DNA of 64,000 bases from positions 23,622,001-23,686,000 of the forward strand of contig NC_135758.1 in NCBI RefSeq assembly GCF_052425735.1, in the 5' to 3' direction. The notes beneath the pieces were generated by a model. It did not search any database. It had not been told where the DNA came from and saw only the letters and a program-made list of their open reading frames with translations. This document shows positions 52,401 to 64,000 of this stretch, one piece after another (position 1 is the stretch's first letter; each line of letters begins with the position of its first letter). Made by a program: the position numbers and the translations under genes. Source of the DNA: Oculina patagonica (taxonomy: Eukaryota).

Positions 52401-53488
52401 CTTACGCAATTCTCGGGGAGCTTTAACACAGTGCATAGTGCTGCATATTCATAAAAAAATAAAATAAAAATAAAAAATCCCCGACACTATTGCACATTGG
52501 CAACAACGATAATTGACCTTGACAGGACGATTTGTAGCCGCGGTTTGGGCGGGAAAATATGGCGTGTGCAAGTCTTGGCAAACCACACAGAAAGACAAGA
52601 TAATGGAAGTATTACGACGACTTCAGTAAAATGAACAAAATCTTTAATTCAATAATACTCCTTAGAAATTACAAAACTTTCAACGACTAAAATCTACGTA
52701 CACAACAAGATAAGTCCTAAATGATCAACTGCGTAATATTCCTACGATCCGAGGAGTTAGAAAACAATCGCGTAAAAACAAAACAATTCACGATTTCGTA
52801 CTCACTGAACTGCAATCTCGGCGGGCAAGAAACCTTTTCTCTCTTTCTACAACAATCGCCACATCACAGCAGAAGTCCTCCTTTAAACAGCGTTTATAAA
52901 AATTCATATAAACGAAAAAAAAGTCATTTTTGATATGTTTTAGAGAAATTAGTCCTCTCAAACATTTGCCTTTCCTGAGCTTACTGAGTAAGCGGTGACC
53001 TTAATAAACGCCAAACACTTGTCCCAACAAAAACAAGAAGCGTAACTTTCGCCTCAAAAGTGAGTCACAAATGGCAGCCTTTTTATGCCAGAACTTTTTC
53101 GTCGATGTCTTCACAAATAGCCTAGATGCGTCCTCCATGAACAACAGCTGTTTGTGATGCGACTGCAAATAGTGATGGACGGAGAACAGCGGCGCTTTGA
53201 ACGCTCAATGACGTGTTCTTTTTTGATTCGCTGTCCGCCATTTTGAAAATCGAATGGCGGGAGTCATGGCGCGGGCAGCATTTGACGCACACTGCGCATG
53301 TCCAGCCGTTTTTGCGCTCTGTCCGCAGCTTCCACATTTTACATGCCGCTGATCATACGTACTGCATGTACTCAAAATCATCGCCAGTGAAAAAGTCGAA
53401 AATCGAGTGTGTCGCATATATAAAGCGCCCAGGCCCCACGCGGACAGTCACAAATAGTGGTGCTGCTACGCTAAGGCTTCGCAGCAAT
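43425..53488 (-). mobile_element. ~10 kb putative DNA transposon carrying an Academ/DUF6589-like DDE gene; no TIRs seen
   Basis: Starts with CTAG at 43425 and ends just after the hairpin TGCTGC-N14-GCAGCA (53461-53486). Possible 3-bp AAT duplication (43422-24 / 53489-91). The flanks look like one interrupted LINE-like remnant. Contains the spliced gene below. Confidence 0.6.
45569..52436 (-). pseudogene. Multi-exon DDE-transposase-like gene (Academ/DUF6589-like) with N-terminal Cys/His domain, coiled coil, RING-like finger, acidic tract and C-terminal C2H2 finger; probably defective
   Basis: Exons: ~52074-52436 (Cys/His-rich), ~51815-51965 and ~50820-50943 (coiled coil), ~50200-50458 (..LHNLSFFRNQ), ~49715-49885, ~48770-49127 (LIEDDIHFIHAPRRP..HMCT), ~48192-48412 (LVDEFERPLHSKNDY..VVTGDYPTW), ~48045-48127 (ISLNTKES..FWPFFEKLY), ~47475-47890 (FRGGNF..FRRRNYDKA..EKKIEILHSILRR), ~46680-46915, ~46047-46290 (CD..C..CGHSFHISC..CPIC), ~45569-45950 (D-rich tract; CKHNGC..LTLHINRIH). 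There is an in-frame TGA and no intact acceptor before ISLN. Confidence 0.72.
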
Positions 53489-53964
53489 AATTGTTGTATA
53501 TGACTTTTAAAATAATGTTCTGTATCCCAAAATGTATATTCGAATTTAAAAGCTTGAAGGCTACAGTAATCCTGGGCAGGATGTCTTTATATAAGCTTAC
53601 CATCAATGCAAACGCGGCCGGCCGGCTCCATACAATTCCTGTAATCGCATGCCACACTGTTAAATATTTCTCCACTTTGGAGAGCGTTTTTGAAAAGCTC
53701 CGTTTTCGGTGACCGAAAACGCCGTCTCAGTGCGGACAGTTGGCCTATGCGGAGAAAAAGATGCGTTTTCAAATTTACCCGGGTCAGTGTGGACAGGGAC
53801 TAAGTGTACTTTATTTATATTATAAAAAAGATAAATTTACTTACAGTTGGTACAAAATAGATTGCATTCCATACAATGTTTTAAAAATCCAACTTAGTAT
53901 TATTATGAATGTCACTCTACGTGTGTCTTCATAGGCTGATTTTATTACAGATACTCCCATTATA

Positions 53965-54120
53965 CTGTATCACATCACATTACATTACATTACATTAAAT
54001 TACACTTCACTGCAAAAAATAATGAATGAATGAATGAATAATAAATAAATAAATAAATAAATAGATAGATAGATAGATAGTAGTAGTGTGTAGTAGTGGG
54101 ATAAATAAATAAATAAATTA
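53965..54120. repeat. Compound microsatellite (ACATT)n/(GAAT)n/(AAAT)n/(AGAT)n/(TAG)n
   Basis: Directly visible. Confidence 0.85.
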
Positions 54121-54569
54121 TACATAAACATATGTATAAAACCTTAAATACGAGGATGTCACACAGAGTACCCTTATTTTTTATGTTTATGACTAACGTA
54201 GTCCCGGGAGCCCCCGGGCGTAGTCCGTGAGGCGTATTCCAGCCCCACAAGGGATGAATAGGGTTTGTAGAAAGGGTCTGTTCTGGGCGTACTTATGATA
54301 GTCTACCATTTTTAAACATGTTGCTAATCACTTACAAAAGAGGCATGTGGACGCTATAATGAGTTTTGCGTGTATGATACAGCTGATAATACCTAACTGG
54401 CTCCGATAATAACATTCTAAACATCTGTCACCGTGGGTATATCTTGGTGTCACGGAAAATATTGCAAGTTATCTATGATGCTGTGGTTTTGGTATTGTTT
54501 ATTGTTTTTGGAATCCTTTATTTTACGTTATTCGGGGTTCGACCTATAAAACCAAAAACTCTACGTTAG

Positions 54570-55472
54570 TTAGTTTTCCTCGGTTTGTTTGCATAACATA
54601 TGCCTTGCTGTCTTTACAACTGCCGTTCGAAGTTCGCGAAGGCGCCAGCAATACAAAAATGGATTGATGGACGAGTTCATAAATGCTATAGTATCGGTTA
54701 AAATCCACATATTTGTCCAATGATTGGGAGAAATAAATAAGACTGACATGGCAATAAACAGCGGTGTATAACACAGAACCATAACGATATAATATATAAA
54801 GGTGTTTTTTGCACTTTTAGTCGATCGCTGCATGTTCTGATTATTTTCAATATTAAAACTTTCCACAGCCTGTTGTTGAACGTGAATCTGTAACTGGTGC
54901 AGCCGTACTATCCCATAGATTCTGAGGTAACAACCAGTGGAAACTAACAGACAAATAACAATAATTATAGCTGCAGAAAAATAGTAAGCGTACATTTTCC
55001 ACAAAGACAGCAATGATAACAGGAAACTAATGAACCAAAGAACTGCTGATGTATATATTGCTCGGCATGGAGTAATTAAATTCGGATATCGCATATGATA
55101 ATGAAGAGCCAGGAACCGATCCACACTTATGGCTGTCATTATAAGGAGCGACAGGCCAGTTCCAGATGAGGCGGCCATTATGGATAGTGTTCGGTACACT
55201 GGAACATTTTCTGTTAACTTAGAAACAATATAAAGCGGTTGTACGACGAACCCAACTATAAGGTCTGAAACAGCCAGACTGCATAGCAAAACTATGGACG
55301 GCGATCGAAGCGTAGGAGTTCTCAATATGGCGGCTAGCACCAGAGTGTTGCCAATAATGGATATCAGCATTAATGGAGCATTGAGTACGCAGTTAATAAT
55401 GACAAAAGTTTCTGGACGAGAATTATTGCCTCTGATGCCAGCTGAATAATCAGCTTCTGATTCGTTTGGCAT
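54570..55472 (-). CDS. Intronless class-A GPCR (melanocortin/adenosine-receptor-like cnidarian type)
   Basis: 300 aa, 7TM; GN, LAVSDLIVG, DRF, CYTP, NSSINPFLY. Confidence 0.93.
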   Translation of the reverse strand: MPNESEADYSAGIRGNNSRPETFVIINCVLNAPLMLISIIGNTLVLAAILRTPTLRSPSIVLLCSLAVSDLIVGFVVQPLYIVSKLTENVPVYRTLSIMAASSGTGLSLLIMTAISVDRFLALHYHMRYPNLITPCRAIYTSAVLWFISFLLSLLSLWKMYAYYFSAAIIIVICLLVSTGCYLRIYGIVRLHQLQIHVQQQAVESFNIENNQNMQRSTKSAKNTFIYYIVMVLCYTPLFIAMSVLFISPNHWTNMWILTDTIAFMNSSINPFLYCWRLRELRTAVVKTARHMLCKQTEEN

Positions 55473-58400
55473 CCTCGCAGACCCTTCTATTACTCGGTTT
55501 TGTCAAGTGTTTGGTCCAATAGTTCGACAAATTTTATTGATTCTTTACGTCAGTGTGATAACTCAAATAATTTAAAATTCTCGTTAAAGTGAAATAAATC
55601 TGCTGTGAATGAAATGATTGTTATCGGTGGCACAAAGAGACCCAAGTTAGAAAGACATGCACATGCTTCCAGAACTTGCGATCGTCTATTAACGCACTGG
55701 CAATGTGGACTTCTTTAGTCGAATGTGTGTATGTTGATATACAGGAATTGATATCCAAAAGGGTAAACAGACCATGAATCTTTCTTTATTTTAAGAATCT
55801 GTTGCTCACGTTGGTTTTGAAATTGCCAACAGAATGTTGTGTCAACGTTTGGTCCAAAAGCTCGACAAAGACTATTCATAAACCCCCCCAAAATGAAAGG
55901 TTCATATTTGAATGAAAAAAAAAACTCTAGCCTACTGTGCAAAAAGTAATTGTTGACTTGTGGCACAAAGAGGCCTAAAAAAAAATGCGAACTATATGTT
56001 GACAGAACAGCATGGTCGGTGCACGATGACAGGCATGGGATCTATTGATTAAAAATGTTATTAACGGACAAAACAAAAGAACTAATAAATATAAGTTGCT
56101 TATGCCCTTGAACATGTCGTGAGATGGTAATATGCTAGCCAGCTGCAAGGGAACCCTTGCTTTTAATAATGAAAGCTACTTAGTGCAGCATAGGCTGTCT
56201 AAAACGTTTTACACATTTGGCGAGAGATGACGTTCAAATCCCCCTCCCCCCCCCCCCCCGCCCCCCACCCCCACACACACACACACAAAATGTTAGACCG
56301 ATTTGAAACGTTTTCTAAAAGTTTCTAAAAAATTTAAATATTCCATCAGTTAATTTTTAATCAGCTTATTTTCACGTCTGGTAAGCAGTCAGCATTTCTT
56401 TAAAAAATGCGATCTTAAAAACAATAAGTCATTTGGCAATGCAAGTGAAATAAACAGTACGAAAATAAAAAAAAAAAACACCAGCTCTTTTATATATATA
56501 AAAAAAACATAAAAGTAAAACAAAAGAAAGCAATCTTCGCGCAAAATGTGGTATTGAACTTTGCTTATTAAGCAGGAAAATACAGGAAAGCTTCAATTAA
56601 GCTTTACGAACAGTGCATTCATCCCAATTGATGCAACAAGTTAAAAGCGAGGAAAAAATTGCTAATATGCTGACTAGTGATCCCCCCGCCCCCGCTAAAA
56701 ATATGACAAAGTTATTACCAGAAATGGGGAAAACACCGGTTCAAATTTCAGTGTGAATGTCGCGTCAGGAATGTATTAAAGCTTGTTTACCTTATGATCC
56801 CACCATCCTTTTATATCTTACAAAATTTTGGAAAAGATGCCTGGCTGGACTGAACTTAAGAATTTGACTTGATCCAAAAAACGGTAGGAATATTTCACTG
56901 ACTGTATTGATATTTAAAAGACATTTAATAACTCTTGTGGCAAAATTAAAAAAAAAAAAACGTAAAGAGTAAAAAAATAAAAAAATTATTGACTTAAAAA
57001 CAACAACTTAAATGTTTTAACCTTTCCATCAGTAAGTTATCAAAAAAAAAAACTGTCCCAGAGCGTAAAGGGGCTCTTTACAAGTAAATCATAAAGCAAA
57101 GTTTGTTTTCCTCTTGTCCCATTGTTCGAAGTCTTTGAAGACCTCGTCGACGACATTCTGATGTATCTGAAGTCGCTGTGTCGATTTCCGGAAAGAGAAG
57201 GCAATTTCTGTAGAACCCGCCTACAGACAAGACCAAAAACCAGCACATCAAAAGATATTACCGGGCGCAGAGGCAACAGCTCATAACGGTGGCTTTCCTT
57301 GAATAGCGAGGGCGACACAGCGATTTCTAAATCCCACGAATCGTCTAACGATGGTAAGATGCCTTGTAACTTGTCAAAGAAAATCGCAGGAAGCCCGCGA
57401 CTTGTAAACATTTATTATAAATTCGCAAAGTGTAATTATTCCTCGTCCCTAAACAAGAGAAAAAATATCATAGATAGAAACATATGAAGTTTTTTGGTGG
57501 TGGTGGTTGTGAGGGCGTTGGGGCTGAGGGTTGGGGTGGGGGGGGGGGGGGGGGGGGGTTGAAAGTGATTAAGACACCATTTCGCGCTAAATGTGGTAAA
57601 TGTTTATGACAACCTATGCTCCATTTTGTAGCTTTCATTGCGGGCCCAAGAGAGGCCCGCAACCCTAATCTTGACAGTGACAGCGGATTGCGTTTTACGC
57701 GTGCGCGCCACGTTAATAATAGGCGAACAGAAACCGGAAGTTGAAAATTTTGTTCTTCCACTAAGAACGATCGGAACGCGAAAAATGTGTCAATCGCGAT
57801 AGTTTGTCGTAACACCGGAAGAGAAAAATCTCTTCTCCAAGAACGATAAGAATGCGAAAAATGAGTCAATCTCTCAACAGTTTGTCACATAAGATCTACG
57901 CTTCTGTCACATGGAAGATTGCAAACATTACAATTTGTAGACGTTGTTTTATAGGTGCTGCTTTTGAGAAAATTTGCTGTGATTATATCACAGATAAAAC
58001 AGCAGCAAAGCGAATGATTCCAGCAACGGTTATTCTCGAGGAATTCGTTATAACACTGACAACATAGCGAGTTTATCAACCGAGGAAAATCACATCTCAA
58101 TTCACACCACGTGCTCGACTACACTTCACAATCAACTGTCAATCAAAAAACAACTCTGACTGGTTCGCGGCCGGTTCGTAGCAATTATTAAAGCGTGACG
58201 CGTTGCTCGGAATAATTGTCTTTAATTTTGTCCAGTGATTTTTCATTAATCGCGCCACGTTAACAAAAGGCAAGCACAACATAGCGAGTTTACCGACTGA
58301 GAAAAAACACATCTCAGTTCACAACGAGTGCTCGATTACACTTCACAAAACTGTGTAATCAACAACATAGATTGGTTCGCTGCAATAGGAAATGAACATT

Positions 58401-59586
58401 CCTTGCGTGACGCGTTACTCGGAATACCATTGTCTTTTGTCCATTTTAGCATTTATTTATCGACACTGCCATCTAACATTACGCACTCTCGTACCAGTCA
58501 GTGCCTTTCAGTTCTAAGTGCGTCAAGGCCCGCACTTTCTAACCTGTGGTTACCACTAGTTATTTATTGTAAGGGTTTCCTTGCAGTTGGCTAGCATATT
58601 ACCATCTCAAGACATGTTCAACGGCTTTAGGCAGTTGAACATGTTATAGCTATCTTCTTGTACCGTTAATAACACTTTTTTTTTATCAATAGATCCGTAG
58701 GATTCAAACATCTGTCACCGTACACAGCTAATACTCACTTTCTGCACGGTAGGCTTGAGCCATTTCACTTGAATATGGAATTTAAATTTTTCAATTTGAT
58801 GAATAGAGCTTTTGGACTAAACACTGAAACAGCACGTTGTTGTAATTTCAAATCGGGAGAGAGCCTATTCACATAGTCCTGTTTGTACCACACGCCAGCA
58901 GTTGAATACGAAATGTAATTTATTGTTTGGCACAAATTGTGCGCGCGGTGTGTATAAACGCTGTGGATCTAATAATTCATGCCTACAACTGGCTTGTTTT
59001 GGATGCAGCGTGATTTAAAAGTCGCGTACTGCTGAAGTGTCACATTAAAGGCCAATCCTATGCTGTGTTTAGTGTAGCTAGTATTATCAATAGAAAGGCT
59101 CATCAGCACAGCTGGCTAGAATGTTACCATCTTTAGACTATTCGCTGTTTCCAGACAAAAGATGCATGCTGCTATAGTCCTTTGTTTTGCGTGCACAATT
59201 GCTACTTTCTGAATCCGAGGATAACACATGTTACAGGAAATACTTCCCTCAATGGCATGTACACCGTGTTGGATGTCATGAATGTCAACATAATTTTGAT
59301 TTAAGAAGTCCGTATTGCCAGTGCGTTTTAACGTCTATTAAAATAGACGATCGCCAGTTCTGGAAACATTTAATACGTCCTTCTAGCTAAGGCTTCCTTG
59401 TGCCAGAGTGAACAATCATTTCATTCACAGCAGGTTTACTTCATTTTAACTTCACTTTCAACTATTGGAGACGTAGTATTGACATGAAGAATAATATTTG
59501 TCGAGCTGCTTGAGTCTTACTTGACCAAACACTTGTCAAAACCGTGCTAGCTGTGATTTCAGAACGTAATAGAGAAGACTGCAAGG

Positions 59587-60495
59587 ATGGCAAACGAATC
59601 AGAAACTGATTATTTAGCTGGCAGTAGAAGTAATAATTCTAGTCTAGAAACTGTCATCATCATAAACTGCGTACTCAATGCTCCATCAATGCTCATATCC
59701 ATCATTGGCAACATTCTGGTGCTAGCCGCCATATTGAAAACTCCTTCGCTTCGATTGCCGTCCACAGTTTTGCTCTGCAGTCTGGCTTTTTCAGACCTTA
59801 TTGTTGGGTTTGTCGTACAACCGCTTTATATTGTCTCTAAACTAACAGGAAATATCCCAGTGTACAGGGCACTGTCCATAATGGCCTTTTCTGGAACTGG
59901 TCTGTCGCTCCTTATAATGACAGCCATAAGTGTGGACCGGTTCCTGGCTCTTCATTATCATATGCGATATCCGAATTTAATGACTCCACGTCGAGCAATA
60001 TATACATCAGCAGTTCTTTGGTTCATAAGCTTTCTGTTATCACTGCTGTCTTTTTGGAAAATGAATGCTTATTATTTTTCTGCAGCAATAGTTATTGTTA
60101 TTTGTTTGTTAGTTTCCACTGGTTGTTACGTCAGAATCTATGGGATAGTACGACTGCACCAGTTACAGATCCACGTTCAGCAACAGGCTGTGGAAACTTT
60201 TAATATTGAAAACAATCAAAACATGCAGCGATCGACTAAAAGTGCAAAAAACACTTTCATATACTATGTCGTTATGCTTCTGTGTTATACACCACTGTTT
60301 ATTGCCATGTCAGTTTTATTTATTTCCCCTAATCATTGGACAAACATGTGGATCTTAACCGATACTATAGCATTTATGAACTCGTCCATCAATCCGTTTT
60401 TGTATTGCTGGCGCCTTCGCGAACTTCGAACGGCAGTTCTAAACACATCAAGGCAAATGTTCTGCAAACAAACCGAGGAAAACTCACTAACGTAA
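59587..60495 (+). CDS. Intronless class-A GPCR, close paralog of 54570-55472
   Basis: 302 aa, same motifs, long identical stretches with the minus-strand copy. Confidence 0.93.
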   Translation: MANESETDYLAGSRSNNSSLETVIIINCVLNAPSMLISIIGNILVLAAILKTPSLRLPSTVLLCSLAFSDLIVGFVVQPLYIVSKLTGNIPVYRALSIMAFSGTGLSLLIMTAISVDRFLALHYHMRYPNLMTPRRAIYTSAVLWFISFLLSLLSFWKMNAYYFSAAIVIVICLLVSTGCYVRIYGIVRLHQLQIHVQQQAVETFNIENNQNMQRSTKSAKNTFIYYVVMLLCYTPLFIAMSVLFISPNHWTNMWILTDTIAFMNSSINPFLYCWRLRELRTAVLNTSRQMFCKQTEENSLT

Positions 60496-60571
60496 AGATT
60501 TCAGTTTTATAGGTCGATCCCCTTGAGCTGAACTAACAAATCGCATTCACCAAAGTTCCTTTAATTCTTCT

Positions 60572-60723
60572 GGGCCCAGTTGTTTAAAGGGTGGATCTGT
60601 TATGTTATCTACCGGATAAATGGCTATTCAGTGTATAACTGTCATACAAAACCCACTTCGCTATCTACCGGATAGTGATTTATCCGATGGATAGCGTTAT
60701 CCACCCTTTGAACAACTGGGGCC
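60572..60723. mobile_element. Short GG...CC MITE
   Basis: GGGCCCAGTTGTTTAAAGGGTGGAT ... ATCCACCCTTTGAACAACTGGGGCC. Confidence 0.7.
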
Positions 60724-62589
60724 TGCTTTTATTTCAAACCGGGTTAATCAGGTGAAAGTCAAGTTTACTGTCAAGTTATCCATTCGTTAAATGCGTCACA
60801 AAATGTGTAAACATAAACCACAAGGCGCGATTGATTACAAAAGTCAATAAATGTATTCAGAGTGGAACTAGTCTTGTCTTTTAAGATTGTGATAATGACT
60901 GCGTTCAGCTATCGTGGGTATTGGCTATGTTTCAAAAAGGGTGTGAATGAAAATATCCACTGCTACCCCGGATGGTGCTTTATTTCAATGAATCTAGCAA
61001 AAACAAAACTAAAATTTATATGTTTTCATGGAGTACGTTGTTTGTCTCTTTCAAATCCGAATTGTCTTGTTAATAAGATCGTACGTGGGGGGGGGGGGGG
61101 GGGAGGGGGAGTTAGGCCCTACCACATTAATTATTCTTATACCTTTTAACATCGCGATCAAATAAACTCAATATTTGCTTCAAGGGCACGTGCATCACGA
61201 GTTGCAACCATGGGCTTCCATAAGGTCGTTAAATGCATTTCGAATAGACCTCGTTTAAACTTTGACCGTATAAAATATTATGTGCAATATTTCCCATGTT
61301 CCACTTATTGCTTTTAAATTTTGTTTGAGCGCTTCAACATCCGCTAAATACGCGCATGCGCGAACAAAGAGAAGGGGACGAGGGCTCGTTCTCATTTCCA
61401 GGTCTCTTGAGAGGCGAGACATCATTTCATAAACATTTAAGAGAAGAAAATAAAACTTTGTAGCTGAATATAAAGGGATAGTAACAAAAACTTGCCATGA
61501 TGTATATCTGTCTATCATGATGGAAAAATGGTGCTGACGGTAAATTAAGATTATAGTTTGAGAGAAAACTATTACAAAACCGTCTAGTTGAATGAAAAAT
61601 TATACACTGAAGAGGTCAAACAAATTAAGTTGCTTTAGGCGAAATTACGTGAAATTCGACTTTTGCCGAATGCACTGTGCTGCATTAGTAGTTTGTATTC
61701 TGAAAAAGGGTGTCGTCTCAGTTGGCTAACACAGCTAACAAACTACTGTCTTAAGACAGTTTGATTTTCAAAAAGAGCACATGCCTTTCTAATGTTTTTT
61801 TTTATGCGTGCCACCTTTTGTTTCCGTAAAAAATACAGTTCCTCGAATTTAAAACGTTGCTATATCATGTTGTACAACGTACATTCGGCTGAAAAATTAT
61901 TGTCAAAAAAGTCTTCCTTTCTCACACTCAGCTTATAAATGAAAGACCAATTGACAATCGGAATTTTTAGAAGTATATGTCGCTTGCTACTTAAAGCAAT
62001 AAATCAACAACTATTTAAGCAACTCCACCTGATGCAGATCAATAAATTTTCAAGCCATAACGAGCAGTATGTATGAACTATTGGACTATCAGCACGGTGT
62101 CACTTTGTTCCGTATGTCCCAGCTTCGAAGGTCAGCAAAAAAGTTCAGTCTTGAGAACATACAACATTTTAATTTCCGAGGAAAAAAACATGTACACTTT
62201 TCAACATGGCCGACATCTAGCAACCTCGTGGTCGTGAACGACAGGTCTTACTGTGCATGCGTGCAAAACTCCTTCTAGGAGGGGGACCCTAGGGGATTGC
62301 TAATTTACAACAAAGCTTTTTGTGGAACACACTATTTAAAAGGAAGAGAGGGTACGTGAAGATAGTGAAACTATTGAACTGCTTCCATGGGCTATTTTTG
62401 AAGTTCCTTTCGTTGTACGGCGGTATTCTTGAAATCGGAAAATGGATGACAATTCTTCCTATCGTAATCCAAAACTTATTTATGGATGCAACACGTGACG
62501 TGATTAAAATGGTTTCCAAGGCTTGTTACAATGAGAAACTTAACACATGTGCAAAAAATGTTCGATGTGATATAAACCGATGAAACAGG

Positions 62590-62940
62590 TACATCAACAA
62601 CTAATAAAATTCGACATTTGAAGTCGACGACAAATTATGACGACATTTGACAATGGCGTCATCGTTATATTTGATAATAAAAAGTTATAACAGATGTCCC
62701 ACTTAGAAAAACAAAAACAGATAAATGAAAAACATAATTGTTTCTAGTGAAATAATAGCAATCACCAGAGTGTGGGTTTACAGAGACATGCAGATATATG
62801 CATTAACTAATAAAATTCGAAATTTATGACGTCGACGACCAATTATGACGACATTTGACAATGGTAATTGCCGATGTCCGACTTAGAAATAACAAAAAAA
62901 AGATAAATAAAAAAAACATAATTATTTCGAGTGAAAAATT
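62590..62940 (+). repeat. Degenerate direct repeat, two copies
   Basis: AACTAATAAAATTCGA..GTCGACGAC..AATTATGACGACATTTGACAATGG..ACTTAGAAA at ~62598 and ~62805. Confidence 0.65.
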
Positions 62941-64000
62941 TAACGACCATTTAAAGTGTCATGTCGCCACTATGACAACTTTTTTTAACACATCGTGATG
63001 ATGTCACGCTAGAAATCATGACGACATTAAATAGCAACGTCACGATGACACCAAAACATCGTTCAATTTTTAGTATTGGTAGCACAAAGAAAAAAAAACA
63101 AAAACAAAAAACAACATTTAATGTTAAAGAGTACTTGAAAACAAAATCGATTGAAGTGATTTTAATGAGGCACATTAATGAACTCCATAGAGATTAAGGT
63201 CTTTAGTTTATATACACCCACGTGTGTTTTTGGTTGAGTCACAAACACAAGAGCAAGTTTGAAAAAACTCAAAAAGTTATATTGGGCCTAACCAGCAGGT
63301 GAGGGCTTACACGGCTAAGAAGTTGACCCAAACTCACACAACAGTATTTGTATCGGGTAATTTACACAGAAAGCGGCAGTCATCTAGTTCTTTTTATAAA
63401 AAAAAGTCGATGAAATTACTGTACCATGAAGCCCGAACCGTGTTTGCAGAGCCACGTGCAAAGCACGCAAGCAATGTAATCAATGTCGAGTACTTTTCGG
63501 TGACGTCACAACTCACGATAGAGTCCGGACTCCTCTGAAAACGCCTGGGGTTTAAAGGGTGGAAATTTAAAATACATTTACCGCTTAAACAGGTGCCCAC
63601 TACAGTTACACTGAGTTATATTGCACCATTAAAGACTATCGGGTGAATATTGAAACGAATTAATAAATGGTTTAGTGTTGTATGTAGATATATGTAGCTA
63701 AAATTCCGTGTTATATATTAGCATAATATTGTTGGCGAAAGCGGGAAAACAGCCATTATAACCCCTCTGATACGGGACTCTCTGAGTTTTCTGAATTTAT
63801 TCATCGAGTTCGGCATTTTGTGGGAAATTAGGGCGATTACGAGCTATTTGAAATAAAAACTTATTTTTTTAGAATTCTTGTACAAGTTCAGTTGCCAAAT
63901 CGTTGATCAACGTCACATAAATGGCGTTCGTGCGTAACAGGGAGTACTACTTTGAAAACTTGGTGAACCTTAGAAATAAATGATCCACGAAATTGTCAAA

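Noticed and set aside
43805-52947. TTTCTCTAAAAC / GTTTTAGAGAAA as TIRs of the large element
   Set aside because: Only a 12-bp AT-rich match, with no extension and no flanking TSD

Overview
Eukaryotic, AT-rich, intron- and MITE-dense genomic DNA. The repeat families and intronless class-A GPCRs suggest a cnidarian, probably a stony coral (inference). Contents: (1) A ~33 kb multi-exon neuropathy-target-esterase gene (PNPLA6/7, swiss cheese) on the minus strand, from ATG at 34367 to beyond the left edge, with an intronless GPCR nested antisense in one intron. (2) A head-to-head, uncharacterised ~9-exon gene on the plus strand (34983-41765). One of its exons, with flanking intron, has been copied ~33 kb away into an NTE intron. 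(3) A ~10 kb insertion (43425-~53488) with no visible terminal inverted repeats, CTAG at one end and a hairpin at the other. It carries a spliced gene for an Academ/DUF6589-like DDE protein fused to an N-terminal Cys/His domain, a coiled coil, a RING-like finger and a C2H2 finger; this is the best novelty candidate. (4) An inverted duplicate pair of intronless GPCR genes (54570-55472 minus, 59587-60495 plus). (5) Many non-autonomous DNA transposons with readable target-site duplications (TSDs), plus SINE-like repeats. There is one assembly gap at 20722-20868. Exon coordinates were read by eye and may be off by a few bases.
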